Below, one piece after another: positions 12,401 to 21,153 of a stretch of 64,000 nucleotides of DNA. Location: the NCBI GenBank assembly GCA_963808625.1, contig CAWEHK010000021.1, forward strand, positions 1 through 64,000, in the 5' to 3' direction. The notes beneath the pieces are model-generated. The model saw only the letters and a list, made by a program, of their open reading frames with translations. It was not told the DNA's origin and searched no databases. Within the stretch, counting starts at the first letter, position 1; each line of letters starts with the position of its first letter. The position numbers and the translations under genes were made by a program. Origin of the DNA: an uncultured delta proteobacterium (GTDB lineage: Bacteria; Desulfobacterota; Syntrophobacteria; Syntrophobacterales; Syntrophobacteraceae).

Positions 12401-13132
12401 CGCGAGCTCCTGGAGGAAGGCTGCAAGGCAATCGAACGACACGTGACATTCCAGACAGACAATGGCGCCCGGTTCACCGAGCTTCAACAAATGGTTACTC
12501 AGCTCGCTGGGATCGAACACCTTTTCGAACAAGACGGTATTGTCTGCAAACTCCTTGATGCATATAGAGCAACGGCTCAAGCTGCGGACTTTGCCGACAA
12601 GGAAACATGGAAGCAGATTCAGAGCCTTAAGGCCCAGGCGGTTTTGGATCTCCAGGGATTTGTCGAAGAGAAGCGAAACGAAGCCAGAGGGCGAGTTGAT
12701 GCCGTACTGAATGATCTCTCGGATGAACTGGACCGGCGCGGACTGAGTTCGGATTTGGAGACTGAGCTATCCGCACCGCTCCGCAACTTACGTGATGGCA
12801 TGGACGAAATCACGGCTCCGGTCAAGGCCGCAGCATTGGCCCAGCAAGTTGAAGCCGCCATTCGCGCAGTGGGGGAAAAAATCCTGAGAAAGGCTGCTGA
12901 GCAGGTAGAGGCTGATGCCGAGAGGGATAAGCCTGAGGAGGATGCTGCACAACCGGCCCAGCCAAAGGATAAGAGACCAGCTAACTCCCAGCGGGTTCAC
13001 ACCTTGCGAGTGGGCGAAGTGGTTACGGTGACCCGCGTGGCGACATTTGAAGATTGGGATAAGATCAAAGAGCGGCTAGACACCCGTGTCCGGGAGTTGT
13101 TGAACCAAGGCCTTCAGGTGGAGTTTGGCTAA
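9419..13132 (+). CDS. brxC: BREX P-loop ATPase BrxC
   Basis: 1237 aa; EIGSYVVT, GVWISGYFGSGKSHLAK (Walker A), LFVLDESGQW (Walker B), KIEGRF, YPFFPYQ. Confidence 0.92.
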   Translation: MRIADLFETRVEEKIEPVIKVGETKDERKLASEIGSYVVTPLIEKYLDDYLEHYTESFLTQTTEIGVWISGYFGSGKSHLAKIIAVLAENRKLVGVPACERFIARIPPQSSRQGSLHRSLSRMDQSATNILAFNLNTIADSRSRPLPSILLSQYYLSRGYGGNLIYARVIEAELDRQGKLEALHRAVETRANKSWPDIQRNLSFYRKHLYEAACEVAPEVFESPQDVERALKEAEHGELYNVGFLIDTVLDDLRRREKEAKKPQRMLFVLDESGQWIENEASRLAQLQALIEEAAIKGQGRIWVIVTTHGDMGSIFKEARALEGDMKKIEGRFRFKFGLTTENIELVLEDRLFKKVVAGKHQLEQVYLNRGGTLRGLGELANTSQTLPACTKEKFVTYYPFFPYQVHLIPEIVKSLRSKGGRGEQLSGSTRTLLAITQDILRSGRRQYLDEGIGVLVSFDEIYGNLSGEGEVSPDVRTELSRLKDVIPGATELTPKVAEVLYLIREIPYIPRTKDNLARLLCDRIDEDLPAVLARVEPELERLIKAKLVARIGEEYEFLTGERRTFEDEVATIEEQYRQQDRERGLVEHFIYGGGKAHWRKWLDFETVSHLGMEFPFRLQIDGFAVPGRQGDIALKVSTPLAVLGAISLDDLENQSLRSDEQNTIFFYSGRVKGFDREITRDLAMKEVIDNWKGDPHRSEDARKLAQERESNDLPKLERKVVEALKEGIRSGWTIFRGSSRSLAIKQGQKPSDALRTELSTFWPVLYPKFDRVPVRIVNDQRAIQEVLAGSSNPSKDVLSLKLYDKAGKIDVNCPLLDAIRMYLSTEQNAGRRVLGKDLVSYFSAPPHGWDPNAVRIGVAAFVRSAAVKILINKKAFANPTDRELVDALRVSRSFDRVECVLELADVDREVLTETRSFLISLTKQRGIDETPAAISEGAESLADSILARASTIRLWAGAARMPLPESFLNGEDAWKRVKELSNPVHRVIEFHGNRELLEEGCKAIERHVTFQTDNGARFTELQQMVTQLAGIEHLFEQDGIVCKLLDAYRATAQAADFADKETWKQIQSLKAQAVLDLQGFVEEKRNEARGRVDAVLNDLSDELDRRGLSSDLETELSAPLRNLRDGMDEITAPVKAAALAQQVEAAIRAVGEKILRKAAEQVEADAERDKPEEDAAQPAQPKDKRPANSQRVHTLRVGEVVTVTRVATFEDWDKIKERLDTRVRELLNQGLQVEFG

Positions 13133-13639
13133 TGGTTGGTCAGCACAAGAAGACGCTCAAAGGTCTAGCCCTTGATCTGCGTCATTTGCTGGAAGGCGTC
13201 TACAATGGCGATGGCCGGTGGCAACCGGGTGATCTTGAACAACGCCTTGCTACCATTGGTCTACGGCGGGGTCGCGACTCCGTCCCGGTGGATGAGTTGC
13301 CCCATCTTGGCCAGGAAGATAGGCGAGCCCGAGAAGTCGTTTCTGCGCAGCTTTGCCGATCTGCGTGCACCCGAAGAACCGGATGCCTCATTCAAGGGTG
13401 TTCTGCGCGAGACCACGATAGAAGCATTGGCGCATCTTGGACCAGGTGCTTTTGGGGAAATCAGCGGAGAGGTTGTTAACATTGTCCTTTTCTCACTGAC
13501 TAAGGCGGCTCCGAGCTCAGATCATCGCTTGACGGCATTTCGGCTCATTGGCCCCAAGAGCCCTGAGGAGAAGGATAGGTTATTGCGCCAAGCACTCAAT
13601 TCCATCAATAATGGCAATGACTCTAGGAGTGTCAACTGA
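13132..13639 (+). pseudogene. pglX: PglX N-terminal half with the methyltransferase core deleted
   Basis: N-terminus MVGQHKKTLKGLALDLRHLLEG...RRAREVV joins out of frame at ~13340 to FLRSFADLR...LAHLGPGAFGEISGEVVNIVLF (post-NPPY PglX motifs); no DPACGSG or NPPY motif; ends at its own TGA. Confidence 0.8.
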
Positions 13640-14085
13640 TGTCGAACATGCGGCAATCCTCAGGAGAGGACTATCCAGATGCAGCGAGAAAACATTACAC
13701 GGATGCACGCATCCTCATGAACAGGCGCCGTTATGATGGCGCTGCGTATCTGGCTGGATATGCGGTCGAATGTATCCTGAAAACCATCATTCAAATGAAC
13801 CAACCTTCCGGGGTGCCCATGATTCACGACATCAACACGTTGAGCAGGGACGCGCTGAGACTGGCAACCATGCCGTCTTCCAGAACGGCACGGTACGTTC
13901 CCAAGGGTTCTTCTTTCACGAGTCTTCCATACGGCAATCCGCCTGCAGGATGGAAAGAAACCCTTCGTTACCATTTTGAAGGAGCCATTCCGAAAACAAC
14001 GGCTTCTGCCTGGGTGGCGGAAGCCAAACGTCTTTATGAGCACGTGCTTTGGGGCCTAATCAAAGATGGTAAGGTGACGCTATGA
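13639..14085 (+). CDS. HEPN domain protein
   Basis: AARKHYTDARIL..RRYDGAAYLAGYAVECILK..HD..W..LRY; TGATG overlap with the pglX-N stop. Confidence 0.8.
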   Translation: MSNMRQSSGEDYPDAARKHYTDARILMNRRRYDGAAYLAGYAVECILKTIIQMNQPSGVPMIHDINTLSRDALRLATMPSSRTARYVPKGSSFTSLPYGNPPAGWKETLRYHFEGAIPKTTASAWVAEAKRLYEHVLWGLIKDGKVTL

Positions 14086-15404
14086 CTGCAAAGTTCAAAC
14101 ATATGGATGAGGCGCGCCACTCAGCGGTAATGCTTTTGATCTCTGCTTTGGAGAATGCCCCGCGTGACTGCAGAATGGTGCTGATCGAAGATCTTTATGG
14201 CAAGCTTCGCCTTGTAGTCTGGCCGGGAGGCGCACCTGAAAACTTGATCGATGATATTCGGAAGAAACTGGCTGAAGAGGCCCAAGGTGTCTGGTCGGAT
14301 GACCTCTGGACTGTGAGTAAGGACGTATCAGACGCCGACAAGTCTGTATATGAGAACATATGGAAGGAAAGCAAGCCACATCCGGATGAATCTCGCCTGC
14401 GCATCCTGGATCGTTACCGGTCACGTGGTGCATGGTTTTATCCACTGGATAAGCCTCCTTGGGGAACGCCAGGTCGCCCGACCACGAAGCAACCTCCTAT
14501 AGTGGTTTATTATTCCTTCAAGGGCGGCGTTGGCCGATCCACCGCACTCGCGGCCTTTGCCATCCATCGGGCGAGAGAGGGCGAGAGAGTGGCGGTTATT
14601 GATGCGGACCTTGACGCTCCTGGCATAGGCACCTTACTCGCTGCCGACGAGGAAGGAACAATGGCACGCTGGGGTGTAGCGGACTATATGCTCGAAAGAG
14701 CTCTTGGGCCTGTGGACTTCCGCGACTATTACCATGCCTGCCGCCGCGAGAAGGTGACAGGAAAAGGGGAAATCCTGGTCATTCCATCCGGTCGGATCGA
14801 CAGCGAATACCTTGGCAAGCTGGCTCGCCTGGATTTCGAACCACCGGGGCCTGAGGATAAGCAAAAGCATCCCTTTTTCATGCTCCTCCAGGACGTGCGC
14901 ACTCAGCTCCGCCCTCACTGGCTTCTCGTAGATCTCCGCGCAGGACTGGCCGAAACTGCCGGCATGGTTCTGGGTGGTTTTGCCCATTTGCACGTGCTCT
15001 TTGGAACCTCTTCCGAACAGAGCTGGCGTGGCTTGAGGCTGATCATCGAGCGTCTGGGTGCTCAGCGGGTCCGGGCAGATAAGCAGCAAGGCGATTGCGT
15101 GATGGTTCAGGCAATGGTTCCAAGAGGAACTGACCTGTATTTGCAGGCGACACAAAGATTTGCAGATAGAGCCCGAGATGAATTCGCTGAGCTTTACTAC
15201 GCAGAGGCCGACTCGGATAGTTTCTGGACTATTGAAGACGTAGAAAGCAGCGATGCACCACATGTTCCGGTTCCGATTCGTTATGACGAAATTTTGGCCG
15301 ATTTTCGCAATCTCGATGAGGTGGCTGGAGCGATTGCGGAATCTCCTGATTACCAGAGTCTTACCAACCGTATCCTCAACCGGTTCAGGGCTGACAAACA
15401 ATGA
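14082..15404 (+). CDS. ParA/MinD-like ATPase, KGGVGR variant, with N-terminal extension
   Basis: YYSFKGGVGRST, VIDADLDAPG, LLVDLRAG; ATGA overlap with HEPN gene. Confidence 0.85.
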   Translation: MTAKFKHMDEARHSAVMLLISALENAPRDCRMVLIEDLYGKLRLVVWPGGAPENLIDDIRKKLAEEAQGVWSDDLWTVSKDVSDADKSVYENIWKESKPHPDESRLRILDRYRSRGAWFYPLDKPPWGTPGRPTTKQPPIVVYYSFKGGVGRSTALAAFAIHRAREGERVAVIDADLDAPGIGTLLAADEEGTMARWGVADYMLERALGPVDFRDYYHACRREKVTGKGEILVIPSGRIDSEYLGKLARLDFEPPGPEDKQKHPFFMLLQDVRTQLRPHWLLVDLRAGLAETAGMVLGGFAHLHVLFGTSSEQSWRGLRLIIERLGAQRVRADKQQGDCVMVQAMVPRGTDLYLQATQRFADRARDEFAELYYAEADSDSFWTIEDVESSDAPHVPVPIRYDEILADFRNLDEVAGAIAESPDYQSLTNRILNRFRADKQ

Positions 15405-16873
15405 GCAAATTCAGAAAAGAGACACAGAAGACACTCCTGGATTTCCTTTCGGACCTTGGTTACGGTCAGGCAGAATCGGAACCAGGGGAGCTTTTCGTAC
15501 GCCGGTTCTATCCTATCAAGCAGCACCTTCGTGCCTTCGATCCCGATGTTATGCTTGTAGTGGGAGAGAGAGGAACAGGCAAATCGGCGCTCTTCAATGC
15601 GGTGTTCAGAAACGGACTGCTGTCGGCTCTGGCCCCTTTTGCCCCTGAACTGCGATTACCCTATAAGAAAACCGATCTCATCAAACTGATACCCGGATAC
15701 CCAATAGGGGCACAATTCCCCGATCCACGAGGCCTAAAGAACGCACTGAGGACACCGGATCAGGCTGTAGATCTTTGGTTCTCATACCTCATACGTGTTC
15801 TTAAAAAGGAGATAAGCGAGTCCAGGAAATTGAAATTTCTTGATCTTCCCGGAGGAGCTCCGGATCAAGTGCTCGATGCATTCCTAAAGTCGGGAAATGA
15901 GCCGTTACTCGCATTGGACCGATTGGACCAGGAGCTCCAGGAGGCAGATAAGTGGCTCTTTGTTGGTTATGACGAATTGGATACTTTGGGCGGTTTCGAT
16001 TGGGAAGCAATGGCGAAGGCCATCCAGGGCCTCGTTGCATTCTGGTCCAGTTATGCACGACGATGGCAGAGACTCCGGGCTAAGATCTTCCTGCGAACGG
16101 ATCTGTTTCGACGTCATGCGGGAATTGGGGGGGCCGACCTGGCCAAATTGGCCGCGAATCGGGTTGAGCTTGGCTGGAGTGATCAGAATCTATTCTCAAT
16201 GCTCATCAAGCGTATCGCGAACACTGATGACCAGCTATTCGATTACTGCAAGGGCGCTCGGATCCCTTTCAACAAGGAGCCACACAAAACATTCGGCCAT
16301 ATTCCGAACTTGAAAAGTGCAGAGGATGCCCGCCCCTTTATCGAACGTACTGTAGGACAATACATGGGTGCCAACCGAAACAAGGGGCAATGCTTCAATT
16401 GGGTTCTCGATCATCTGCGTGACGGCCACAAATGCGCCACGCCAAGAGCATTGGTCAGGCTCTTCGAACAGGCGGCTCAGAAGGAACGCGGTAATCCTCG
16501 TGCTACTCCTCCGAAACTCCTTCATCCCACATCTCTTCGCCAGGCTCTCGAAGACGTTTCAGCAGATCATGTGATCCAGGCTATCCACAATGAATGGCCA
16601 TGGCTGTATGGGGTAAGGGAGCGGATAGCGAGGGAAAGACTGGCTCCATGGAAACGACGCGAGTTGCAGGAGCTTCTCGATCGAAACTGGAACAGTTCAT
16701 GGGGACAAGGTGACAAGCACATTGGCCCGCCCGCGCAGACCGCAAGGGAGCTCATCGACTATTTGGTGGAGTTGGGCGTCTTCCGCGAGCGAACCAACGA
16801 TCGTATCGACGTTCCGGATATCTACCTGTTTGGGCTCGGTCTGCGCCGCAAGGGAGGCGTGAAGCGGAAATGA
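15401..16873 (+). CDS. P-loop ATPase (Sll1717-like/STAND-like)
   Basis: LVVGERGTGKSA, FVGYDELD, KIFLRTDLF, TPRAL, C-terminal VPDIYLFGLGLRRKGG; ATGA overlap with preceding gene. Confidence 0.8.
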   Translation: MSKFRKETQKTLLDFLSDLGYGQAESEPGELFVRRFYPIKQHLRAFDPDVMLVVGERGTGKSALFNAVFRNGLLSALAPFAPELRLPYKKTDLIKLIPGYPIGAQFPDPRGLKNALRTPDQAVDLWFSYLIRVLKKEISESRKLKFLDLPGGAPDQVLDAFLKSGNEPLLALDRLDQELQEADKWLFVGYDELDTLGGFDWEAMAKAIQGLVAFWSSYARRWQRLRAKIFLRTDLFRRHAGIGGADLAKLAANRVELGWSDQNLFSMLIKRIANTDDQLFDYCKGARIPFNKEPHKTFGHIPNLKSAEDARPFIERTVGQYMGANRNKGQCFNWVLDHLRDGHKCATPRALVRLFEQAAQKERGNPRATPPKLLHPTSLRQALEDVSADHVIQAIHNEWPWLYGVRERIARERLAPWKRRELQELLDRNWNSSWGQGDKHIGPPAQTARELIDYLVELGVFRERTNDRIDVPDIYLFGLGLRRKGGVKRK

Positions 16874-16942
16874 TGCAAGTCCCCACCAGCCTCTGAAGAA
16901 GGTCTTGTAGGACTGGAATCGTTTAATATCGAATATGATATA

Positions 16943-17293
16943 ATGGGCACAGTACGTAAAACAGATAAGCCTTTAGTCTGGCTGCACGGGGAAGTGAAAA
17001 CTCCTCCTTTTGGCCGTAATGCGCGGATGGAAGCAGGCTTGCTGCTGAGACAACTTCAGCAGGGCCAAAGCATTGGCATGCCACAGTCGCGCCCTATGCC
17101 GCAGGTTGGGGAACGATGCCATGAATTGCGCATCCGTGACGAGAACAGGAACTGGAGAATCGTGTACCGTATCGATGAAGATGCCATAGTGATAGCAGAG
17201 GTTTTTGATAAAACCACAAGACAGACACCTGCCTCTGTCATCGAAAACGGCCGGAGACGTTTGAATCGATACAATCGCGACCAGCAGGAGTGA
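16943..17293 (+). CDS. RelE/HigB-like toxin (phage Gp49-like)
   Basis: KPLVWLHGEVKTPPF..GMPQSRPM..CHELRIRD..WRIVYRID..VFDKTTRQTP. Confidence 0.85.
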   Translation: MGTVRKTDKPLVWLHGEVKTPPFGRNARMEAGLLLRQLQQGQSIGMPQSRPMPQVGERCHELRIRDENRNWRIVYRIDEDAIVIAEVFDKTTRQTPASVIENGRRRLNRYNRDQQE

Positions 17294-17297
17294 GGCA

Positions 17298-17624
17298 ATG
17301 GACAAGAGGAAGCAAAAGCGTCTGGAAACAAAAGGCTGGAAGGTGGGTTCAGCAGCCGAATTCCTGGAGCTGACGCCGGAAGAGTCCGCCCTGGTAGAGA
17401 TCAAGCTGTCACTGAGCCGTAAGCTGCGGGAGCGACGCGAAAAGCAAATGACCCAGGCAGAGCTGGCAAAGAGGATACAATCGAGCCAGCCACGTATCGC
17501 AAAGGCTGAGCGGGGTGATAGTTCCGTATCCATTGAACTGCTGATTCGGGCAATGCTCGCCGCCGGTGCGACTGCCAAAGACATTGGCGAGGCAATAACC
17601 GGGGCTGGGACAGATAATATATGA
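17298..17624 (+). CDS. XRE-family HTH antitoxin
   Basis: GWKVGSAAEFL..MTQAELAKRIQSSQPRIAKAE; directly follows the toxin. Confidence 0.85.
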   Translation: MDKRKQKRLETKGWKVGSAAEFLELTPEESALVEIKLSLSRKLRERREKQMTQAELAKRIQSSQPRIAKAERGDSSVSIELLIRAMLAAGATAKDIGEAITGAGTDNI

Positions 17625-17643
17625 GTCCTTCGAGGGTACGATC

Positions 17644-17895
17644 ATGTGTAGAATTGTCATGGAAATACTGGATGAATCGTTGCTGGCTTTAAAGGTTTTG
17701 CCGGAAAATGTGGGTGCTGAGCTCCGAATGGCTGCAGCTGTCAAGTTCTATGAATTGGGGCGTTTGTCATCAGGCGCCGCGGCCCGTCTGGCCGGGGTCC
17801 CACGGACCCTGTTTCTGTCCAGACTTGCCGATTATGGTGTTGATACCTTCAAGTTGACTGAAGAGGAGCTCAATCGGGAGACTCGCCTTGGCTGA
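17644..17895 (+). CDS. UPF0175-family antitoxin-like protein
   Basis: AAAVKFYELGRLSSGAAARLAGVPRTLFL..YGV. Confidence 0.85.
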   Translation: MCRIVMEILDESLLALKVLPENVGAELRMAAAVKFYELGRLSSGAAARLAGVPRTLFLSRLADYGVDTFKLTEEELNRETRLG

Positions 17896-18376
17896 AGTCG
17901 TATGCAACAATTCTCCACTCCAGTATCGTCACCAGCTCGGATTGCTGCATATTCTTCCCCTACTGGCCGGGCGGATTGTGGTCCCTCCGGCCGTCGTAGC
18001 GGAAACTGAGGAAGGGCAACGCCGCGGAGTCAATCTACCCCATCTTGCAGAGCATGACTGGCTGAAGGTACGAAAACCGTCTTGCATCGATGCGCTTCAC
18101 CTGGTTTTCGATCTTGGCCCCGGTGAGACACAGGTGCTGGCGCTCGCTCTGGAGCTGCCCGGTGCCGTCGTCGTTTCGGACGACGCCCTTGCCCGGCGCG
18201 TTGCCGAATCACTGAAATTCCCGTTGACCGGCACGCTTGGGCTTCTGCTCGACGCCGAACGCGCCGGCATCATCACCGCGGTTACTCCACTCATTGATCA
18301 TTTGAAGACATTGGGTTGCCGACTGGCGCCCCAAACCTCCGAGGCCGTCCTCAAGCTTGCCGGAGAACCCCTATGA
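17888..18376 (+). CDS. DUF3368 PIN-like protein
   Basis: VVCNNSPL..VPPAVVAE..DLGPGETQVLALA..DDALARR..TGTLGLL; usual partner of UPF0175. Confidence 0.85.
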   Translation: MAEVVCNNSPLQYRHQLGLLHILPLLAGRIVVPPAVVAETEEGQRRGVNLPHLAEHDWLKVRKPSCIDALHLVFDLGPGETQVLALALELPGAVVVSDDALARRVAESLKFPLTGTLGLLLDAERAGIITAVTPLIDHLKTLGCRLAPQTSEAVLKLAGEPL

Positions 18377-21153
18377 TGCAACCAGTCCAGAGTGTTCTCT
18401 TCCGCCCGCTTCAGACGCGCTTTCTCGATATACCGCAAGCGCCTTTGTGTTACTGGCTGCGCGAGCGTTTTTTTGAACTGCTGGCAGACAGAACTCTTGG
18501 CGATGTAGCTGATGTATGCCAAGGTCTTGCTACGGCTAATGACCCTCGATTCGTTCGAATGACCTGGGAAGTCCTACCAAGCAGTTGGAGCTCATCTGCA
18601 CGTGATCGAAGGTGGGTGCCTTTTGAGAAGGGGGGCGGCTATGGCAGGTGGTTCGGACATCATTGGTGGACCGTGGATTGGCAGTACAATGGGATGAGAA
18701 TTAAGGCGTTCCCGAACTCCGTTGTTCGTAACGAGCAGCACTACTTCAAGGAAGGCTGGATTTACAGCTACATGGCTAGAGGTAGTCTCGGATTGAGATA
18801 CCTGGACGAACAAACTGTCTTTTCACACCTTGCGTCTGCAATATTTTTCCATGATGAAGACACTCCCGGCTCTGCAATAACAAACTGCAGGTTCGCCAGT
18901 GCAATCGGACGGTCACTTAGCGCAAAGATCCAACTGAATGAGAGTTATGTGTCTCGCATCCCCTTCCCGAGTAACTTCAACAACGATCTTTTGGCAGTGA
19001 GTCAGCAAGACTCAATCCTACTAAAACGCTATCTTGTCGGCCAGGACCCGGCAGAACGCTCATTCGATACTCTATCGCTTACGAAGTTCTCTGCTTTTAA
19101 GATTGGCGGAGCAGTAACAGCTGTTCTCCACACCCTTGAGGGCTACTCCGAACATATCGTCTTCAAGGCCTATGGCCTCGATAGTGCTTCCATGGCCGCC
19201 GTTCTCGATGAGACAGGTGCTCCTGCCGGCTGGTTTCCGCTGATTCAAAGCTACGATATATTTCTTGATCTCCCATCGGACCTTCAACCATATGGATTAC
19301 CAAGCGAGCTCGCCGAATTTTTTAAGAACCTTCACCGGGTGGACCCCCATGCCATCGGCTTAGCCGACCTGAAGAGCCGTCTTCGGCTCCTCTACGAAGC
19401 TGGACCAGGAGCCAGGACAGACGGAGAAGAGGTTGAGAGCGTAGAAACCACAGACGAAGATGATGAGCAGACAACCGCCGGTGCACACATCCCCATTCCT
19501 GCCGAAACCTTCATCGAGGAGCTCTCCCAGAAACTGGAGATCCATCCCATCTCCGTATACTGGATGCTCAGGGAGGGAATTGAAAACGAAGGCTGGCGCT
19601 GCTTGCCTGAGGAACGGCGTATTACAGCAGATCGCATGACTGTATTGATCCTGAGTCTGCTTGGCCATCGCTGGCCACGGCAGGTTGAAGCCGGTGAGCC
19701 GATTCCCGACTGGGCCGATTCCGAAGGGATCATCCCGCTGACCGAGGGCGCGGCAAAGCTCTCACTGCTGGAGACTCTACGAAAACGGATGCCTGCCGAG
19801 TTTGAAGTGCCGGAAGCAACGGCATTCGAGCGAGAATTCTCGGCCGTTATGGGCAAGAACCTCGATCAATGGCTTGAGACGGAGTTCTTCAAACACCACA
19901 CGAAACAGTTCAAGAAGCGCCCTATCGCCTGGCAGATGCAGAGTGGTCCGTTTTCCAAAAAGTGTAAGCCCGCTTTCGCCTGCCTTGTTTACACCCACAA
20001 GCTCGATCTCGATACCTTTCCCAAGCTTCGTACCCAATATGTCGGTCCTCTGCGACAACGATACGAAACCGAACTCCACGGCATCGAAGCTGTTCCGTTG
20101 GATGCAAGGAGCGAGCGCCAGGAAAAGCGTCGCGTCTTGCTCGAAAATCAGATCCAGGAGCTGAAAGACTTCGACTCGAGGCTTGAGCAAATTGCCAATG
20201 AAGGATTCGGCCCCTGGGGACTTCGTCCCGCACTGCGGCAGGCTGCCATCGATGATGCCATGTTGCACCTCAAAGCTGTCTGGTTGGATCGATTGCAGGA
20301 GACCATTGCCAAAGGCCCCTTGCCGGAATGGATCCATCTGGCCCGGGAGACAGCTCTTGACTGCCCGATAGAGGACTGGATAGCAGATGCCTTTTCACAT
20401 TTAGCCCACCACTGTTCCAGATTGGGGCCCAGACCACCGGACCAGGGACAGACGCCCAATGACCCCGAAGCAACGGACCTTGCCGGGCTCATCGGTTCGC
20501 ACAGCACAGAAATGATCAGGGGGGCACTGAATCTGGGATGCAATGAATGGTGGCAGAAGATCAACCGTCACCTCTTTCGGCCCTTACGTGAAAAGATCCA
20601 AGCGCTCAGGGAAGAGATCAAGCAACTCAGCACTGAGGCAAATGATTTCCGTTTTTCCTCTCCGATAAGCTCACAAACGCTAAGAGACCTCGACAGCCAA
20701 ATCCGGCATCTCAAAGCTCAGATCAAGCAGCAGAAGAATCAACTGGACGATCAGGTATCCCGAGCGGCCAAAGTACGCGAAGCCATAGAAAGATGGGAGT
20801 ACGCGGAAGCCGAAACCTGGGAGCCCTGGCTCGCCGGCCAGCCATTGTACGATTCCATTTCAAGCCTCGATGGAAAACAACGCCCACCGCTCACAGTGGA
20901 GGAATTCGTCCGGCAGGAAAGCATTTACGCACCGGATATCAATGATGGTGTCCGGGTCAATATTGCTCCCATCCAGAAAGCAGGACTGCTCCCCTACGAA
21001 GTCTTGCCAGCCAAAGACATGGACAAAGCCATCTCCGACCGCATTCAGTGGCGTTCCGACGAGCGCCGCTGGTGCAGAGAGGGTAAACTGCCCCAGCCTG
21101 GATGGTGGCGAATCAAAGAAGAAGGCCCATCAGGGGAGACCAAGAATGTATGA
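18373..21153 (+). CDS. pglX: PglX C-terminal half (target-recognition and C-terminal domains) as a stand-alone gene
   Basis: Begins RFLDIPQAPLCYW; QGLATANDPRFVR, WVPFEKGGGYGRWFG, FFKHHTKQFKKRPIAW, DINDGVRVNIAP; ATG at 18373 overlaps the DUF3368 stop (ATGA). Confidence 0.85.
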   Translation: MMQPVQSVLFRPLQTRFLDIPQAPLCYWLRERFFELLADRTLGDVADVCQGLATANDPRFVRMTWEVLPSSWSSSARDRRWVPFEKGGGYGRWFGHHWWTVDWQYNGMRIKAFPNSVVRNEQHYFKEGWIYSYMARGSLGLRYLDEQTVFSHLASAIFFHDEDTPGSAITNCRFASAIGRSLSAKIQLNESYVSRIPFPSNFNNDLLAVSQQDSILLKRYLVGQDPAERSFDTLSLTKFSAFKIGGAVTAVLHTLEGYSEHIVFKAYGLDSASMAAVLDETGAPAGWFPLIQSYDIFLDLPSDLQPYGLPSELAEFFKNLHRVDPHAIGLADLKSRLRLLYEAGPGARTDGEEVESVETTDEDDEQTTAGAHIPIPAETFIEELSQKLEIHPISVYWMLREGIENEGWRCLPEERRITADRMTVLILSLLGHRWPRQVEAGEPIPDWADSEGIIPLTEGAAKLSLLETLRKRMPAEFEVPEATAFEREFSAVMGKNLDQWLETEFFKHHTKQFKKRPIAWQMQSGPFSKKCKPAFACLVYTHKLDLDTFPKLRTQYVGPLRQRYETELHGIEAVPLDARSERQEKRRVLLENQIQELKDFDSRLEQIANEGFGPWGLRPALRQAAIDDAMLHLKAVWLDRLQETIAKGPLPEWIHLARETALDCPIEDWIADAFSHLAHHCSRLGPRPPDQGQTPNDPEATDLAGLIGSHSTEMIRGALNLGCNEWWQKINRHLFRPLREKIQALREEIKQLSTEANDFRFSSPISSQTLRDLDSQIRHLKAQIKQQKNQLDDQVSRAAKVREAIERWEYAEAETWEPWLAGQPLYDSISSLDGKQRPPLTVEEFVRQESIYAPDINDGVRVNIAPIQKAGLLPYEVLPAKDMDKAISDRIQWRSDERRWCREGKLPQPGWWRIKEEGPSGETKNV

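Noticed and set aside
14082..15404. Plasmid/chromosome partition ParA
   Set aside because: KGGVGR variant, long N-terminal extension, no ParB or rep gene, and coupled to HEPN and an ATPase.
16936..16945. Extended -10 (TGaTATAAT) before the RelE-like toxin
   Set aside because: It overlaps the predicted ATG, so the geometry is inconsistent unless the start is further downstream.
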